Part shown: positions 58,655-64,000 of the stretch, piece by piece
How the letters are laid out: every line of letters starts with the position of its first letter
Position numbering within the stretch: position 1 is the first letter of the stretch
Made by a program: the position numbers and the translations under genes
Assembly: GCF_009914755.1 (NCBI RefSeq)
Contig: NC_060933.1
Reading direction: 5' to 3' (one strand)
DNA from: the human T2T-CHM13v2.0 reference genome, Homo sapiens
DNA length: 64,000 nucleotides
The notes under the pieces: model-generated
What the model saw: the letters and a program-made list of their open reading frames with translations, nothing else
Databases searched by the model: none
What the model was told of the DNA's origin: nothing

Positions 58655-61164
58655 TCAATCACCCCCTCTCCAATGCCCAACACAGTAAGCAAGAAGGGCC
58701 CAGGAAAAAATTAACAGGGAAAAACAATCTTGCATTTGCTTAGTGGAATCTGGGGTTTGCACACATTAGTCAGAACTAGACAAATCATACTGAATACACT
58801 TCTTATAGAAACATTCTAGCTCTTATGGCCTTTCCTTGCTGTCCCAACTTTTGAGGTGCAAAAACACAGCAACACAGCCAGGACCGGCCAGGTGATGGCA
58901 CGGAGCCCGCTCCCACAGGCTGCGTGTGTGTTCTCACTCTCTTGCAACTGGCCTGAGTTAAGCCTTCTCCCCAAGCACTTGCAGTTTATCATCGCCCTAT
59001 TTACTGTATTTTCATGTTATAAAAGTGATATACACCCAACGTAGTAATTTGATCTATACAAAAAAGAGAAGAAAAAAAGCTACTCATAATATCACTGTCT
59101 AATTTAAGGTTTTGGTGTAGTCTTTCTAGTCTTTTTCTATATGGAATGTAATTTACTTCTCAAAAATATCATTTCATATACTTTGCTTACATATTAGCAT
59201 TTTTGTCATGAAATTTATGCCAACTGATTAAACAGCCCTTGTAAATTACAGAAACTTAAAGACAATATCAAAACAATGTGACCACAAGACAAAGACCACC
59301 TACTACTAAATTATTTTTGGCATGAGATTATTTTTTGAGAAGTTTTATAAACTATTAGGTTTATTGAACACTATAAACTGTAATCCTTGAAAGAATTTTG
59401 GAAGCATACCATAACAGGGTAATTTGTAGTAGAATATAGGGTTGGAAAACCTTAAAAAACACTTGCTCATTTCTTCCTATATCAAAGATTTGTATTAGAA
59501 AATCTATTTCTTACAAAAAGAGGTACTAAGTGGTATTATGTCAGTCAAGCATCTTGTATTATTTTCTAGCTTTCAATAATATGTATAATGTCATAAAAAA
59601 GAGGGAAGAATACACAAAATACATATGAAGCTTACTAGGAATGAAGAAAGTTATTTTAGGTAGGAAAAATTGGTTACCATCAAGGAATATGGAAAACACT
59701 AGCAATGCATGTAAGAATGACCTCAAAGGTCTTAGACATCCACGAGCTGGGAATGCTTGTGCTGGGTGCTTCAGTTACAACAGCATGGGGAAGTTAAATA
59801 GACTAGTGAAGCTGTTACATCAGTTAATAGTATTTATTATTATTTGTGGTCACCAATGCCAATTAAAACAATAATTAAATAGAACATGATGAAATAATTC
59901 AATGGTAGGAAAAAAAAAAATCTGGCCTACAAGTGAACATGGAAAGTAAAAGTAAATATTTAGAAAGTGAAATCAGGAGCGGAAAAAAGCTCCAGCATCT
60001 CACCATGGGGTCTTCCAAAGCCAGCAGTACTGGAGATGTTTATTGTTCAAAGATGGACTTGCTTGGGTTGGGATTCTCCAACTAGAGCCAGAGGGGAGAT
60101 TCTCTGCTTCCCTTGAGGACACAACAAGAGAGGCTTTCTTATAAAGCCTGCCACATTCTGTGCCTGTATTGTTTTATTTACTGGAGTCTATCATAAGGCC
60201 TGTGAGGAAAGGACTGAATCTCTTTCTCATAGCCGTTGGGCTGATGGCCCTGCATGCTGTAGGCATTTAATAATTCACTGAGTAAATGAATGAACCCTGC
60301 AGGAGATTGGGAGCCTTTCTGATCTTGAGGTCTCAGTTTGGACTATCTTTCTGGAGTGGATAGATGAATATGTTTTTCAGCAGCACTCTAATAAGCGCAC
60401 ATTGGGTGACTAAGCAGAAGAGTGATTCGTTTTGCTAGAATTTTCCCACCTGCAGGAGCCAGTCCCCCTGGTGTCCCCATTCCCTGTCCCCTCAGTCATC
60501 TCAGCAGGAAATTACTATCCTTTCTCCCACATGGGTGATGAATGTTCAAGGCATTTCAGCACACTGTGGTAAGGCCCAGAATGGGTTCAAGTAAAAGTAA
60601 ATACCAGTCCTTATTAGGAGATTCTGGCCCCTCTGCTGCATGTGTCCCAGTACACATGCAGCTTCCTGCTCTGTCATAGAAAGCAGCCCTCTAGGGCCAC
60701 TGCCTCCAGTGAGAGTTTCCTGACCTCCAGGAACTTCTGTAGTCAGGCACCACTCCCTTTCCTCACACCCCACACCCTATTGTTCCAGATTTTATCACTG
60801 TGCACTGATGCTCACTGCGACCCCACATGTGGCCACAGGAGGAACTCGGCTGAGGGCTGAGAAGACCAGATAATGACACAGAGGGCTCACTTCAGGAAAC
60901 CCAGAGAGCTGCAGCGGCTCCTCCAGGGCCATTCCACGCATTCATTTTCTAACAAGTCATAAGTCAAAGAGTGACATCAGGAGCGGACAGCCTGGTGTCC
61001 AGGCATGAGCCATGGCAACAGATTCTGATTTCCCAGAACGGCTTTGGTCTTTACCTGGTGTTGGATATGGTAGTGTTAGCTGGAGTGGGAGGAGATTCAC
61101 ATTGTATATTTGTTTAGTGACTCCAAAGATTTTAAATTATATTGTGTTTTTTATTATTTTATTC

Positions 61165-61455
61165 CATTTTTTTAGAGACAGAGGTCTCACTCTATCTCCC
61201 AGGCTGGAGTGCAATGATATGATCATAGGCCAGTGTAGCCTCAAACTCCTGGGCTCAAGTAATCCTCCCATTTCAGCCTCCTGAGTAGCTGGGACTCCAG
61301 GTGTGTACCATGACTCCTGGCTAATTTTGGTTTAAGTAGAGACACAGTCTGGCTATGTTGCCCAGGCTGGTCTTGAACTCCTGGCCTGAAGCAATCCTTC
61401 TACCTTGGCTTCCAAAAGTGCTTGGATTGTAAGTGTGAACCACTGTGTGGGCCCT
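61165..61455 (-). mobile_element. AluJ-like
   Basis: Antisense dimer with J-type features (ctcctgggctcaagtaatcctccc). Confidence 0.85.
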
Positions 61456-61912
61456 GGTTTTTGTTTAATGGCTATTAAATGCTCAGAAGTGAATTAAGGT
61501 TGCAGTTAAATGCACAATTTTTATATCAAACTATTTTCTTTGCTAATTCACTTCTATCTGCGTCTACCAGCTGTAAACTACCTGAAGCAGAGAAAGTTTC
61601 TTTAGGTTGGGGCTTCCTGTAGCCCTGAGCTGAGTGCCTTATGCAGCATTGGCCGAGTGAATGAATTTGTTGGGTGAACTGCTGCGGGGTTTAGAGTCCG
61701 CAGAGGGTAGGACAGGACAGATCGTGATCGAGGCTAACCTTCTCATCTACTCTACCATTTCATGCTCTGTTTGGGCACCTCCATCACCCCTCACTTCCCC
61801 TGATGGTCCAGTCTCTCTGGGCCTGCACTGTCCAGCCACCCTCTTATCCCTAAGCCAAGGCCTTTGCCAACTAAAGCTCAGGAGTAAAGTGGCCATCACT
61901 GAGGCCATTCTA

Positions 61913-62217
<305 letters not shown>

Positions 62218-62297
62218 ACTGAGGCCATTCTAAGGAATATACAGCAAGCTCTTCACTACCCATTTTTGTTAACTGAGGTATAACTAAATGATACACA

Positions 62298-62398
62298 GGC
62301 CCAGCACAGTGGCACGAACCTATAGTCACAGCAACTTGGGAAGCTGAGGTGGGAGGATTGCTTGAGATCAGGAGTTTGAGTCCAGCCTGGGCAACACA
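62298..62398 (+). mobile_element. FLAM/7SL-derived monomer inside an old L1ME-like 3' end (~62255-62560)
   Basis: ggcccagcacagtggcac...gggaggattgcttgag...agcctgggcaaca. Confidence 0.7.
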
Positions 62399-62849
62399 CG
62401 TGTATAGGTCTATGAGTCTGGAAGAATGTATATAGCCATGGAATCACTACCATGTCAAAACATAGGATATTTCCATTATCCCAAAAAGTTCCCTCCTGCC
62501 CCTCTGCAGTCAAACACTTCCCTCCCCCAGCTCCTGGCAACTGCTGATCTGAACTGTAGACCTGAAAATGTCATTCAGAACCCATTTCATCTGGACCCTT
62601 CTCTCTGTGTCAACATTGCTGTGAGCGGTGTCTGTGGGATTTTTCTGGACGTTCTCTGCCATGCCCCTGCTCCTTCCTTCCTGCCTTCTGGAAGGCACCC
62701 CTGCCAGGAGTCGGCTGCATTAAAGTGGGTGTTTCAGGGGTGTCTTCCTTTACTCTCTTCTCACTGATTTCCAGCTATCCCTGTGTCTCTTGTTTAATGA
62801 GTGCCTTCACCCATATCCTTAAACCCACCAGGGCGACCTTCCTGCCCCT

Positions 62850-63760
62850 TTCTTTGGAGAGCTGTATCTGTATTTCCAGTGGAGACACAGACTGTTCCTT
62901 AGATCCTATTAACCCTCTGAGCTCTCTCTCTTCAAGCCAGGCTCATTTCTGGCTTGGCCAATCTGCCTCCTCCCGTGTCCTTTCCATGACACGGTGATGG
63001 CATCACCAGCCAGTCACCAAGCTAGAACAATCCCTTCACCCGGCCCCTACTGTAGGAGGATACTTTTAGAGTATGTCTGCAATTCACCCCCACTCTCTGT
63101 ATCTACTTCTGTGGCCAAAGTGCGGACCTTGATTTCCTCTGGCCCCAGCTGAATTAACCCACCTCTCTGGGCCTGGTTCTCTTTTCACTAAACATTCTCC
63201 ACATTGCTGCCAGAGCTATTTTTCTAAAATACACATCAGACCACATTCTTCTCCTCCTTCTTTAAAAACAAAAAATCAAAAAAAAAAAAAACCAAGAAAC
63301 AAACAAAAAACCCACCCTACCGTGGCTCCTCAGTGTGTAGAGATCAGATTCAAGTTCCGTGAGATGGTCTTCAAGATCCTTGGCCATGTGACCCCGTCCT
63401 GCTATCCCAATCCCATTCCCATTCCCATCCCCAGCCTCCCCACCTCATCCAACTCCAGCCACATTGGATCACCCCAGGAGAGGATGTCATGTATTAGTAC
63501 TCTGGTGCCTTTGAGTCAAAACTCACTGTTTTGCCAGTTCAGAGGTTGAGCCCTTTTTGAAGAATCCCCTCTTCTTCCACAGCCCAGGTAAGTTCTACCC
63601 CAGGCATAATGAGCTGTTATCCCCCTGGGATCTGAGGGCATTCAGAATACCAACACAATGCTCTCCAGATACCTCTATGCTATTCAAATCCATGCATCTC
63701 ACACCTGCTCATCTTAAAATCTCTGTGCCTCACATGCAGGAAGAATTCAAATGATGCTGA
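62850..63760 (+). mobile_element. L2 fragments
   Basis: cattctccacattgctgccagag...tctaaaatacacatcagacca...tggctcc resembles the L2 3' region. Confidence 0.55.
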
Positions 63761-64000
63761 TTGAAAAAACATTGTGTCCAATATTAGATGAAGTATGTAA
63801 ATATCAAGGCAAGAATCTGCACTTTTTGTCTGTCTATTGCTTGTTTGCACAATAGAGCCACATGGTTTATTATAAAAAATTATTATAATGTATGCTGTTT
63901 AAGCTCAGATCACTTTGCACTAATGATGATGATAATGATGGGTTAGAATTTTTTTTCTTTTCTTGCCATGGGATCTGCCAGGTTTTAAGAATTCTTTTTT

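Overview
Primate (very probably human) pericentromeric segmental-duplication mosaic; I find no intact protein-coding gene. Left to right: (1) 1-7870, an almost G-free CATTT/CATCT pentamer satellite built from ~833-bp units with a 4169-bp internal duplication; (2) 8866-14790, two CAGGG-repeat blocks around a locally inverted, interrupted segment; (3) 14.8-18.9 kb, GC-rich repeats, an internal L1 ORF2 piece, and an interstitial TAR1-like (subtelomeric-type) CpG island with a GGC-rich minisatellite followed by a good splice donor; (4) ~18.9-37.4 kb, an unprocessed partial BMS1 pseudogene with 8 recognisable exons, introns and intronic repeats, which still retains a 241-codon spliced reading frame; (5) 37465-43205, ~33 alpha-satellite monomers, an A/B-mixed layer with four CENP-B core motifs followed by an A-only layer; (6) 43.2-64 kb, interspersed repeats (ERVL-like pol remnant, MaLR LTRs, a 5'-truncated L1PA, nested Alus in MER21, a MER6-like MITE) and a ~200-bp local duplication. 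The best candidate for an undescribed system is a composite transcription unit: TAR1-derived promoter/first exon + BMS1 3' exons + LTR polyA signal. This is inference and needs transcript data. Repeat subfamily names come from recalled consensus sequences, not from a search, and the chromosome cannot be fixed because BMS1 pseudogene duplicons occur at several pericentromeres.
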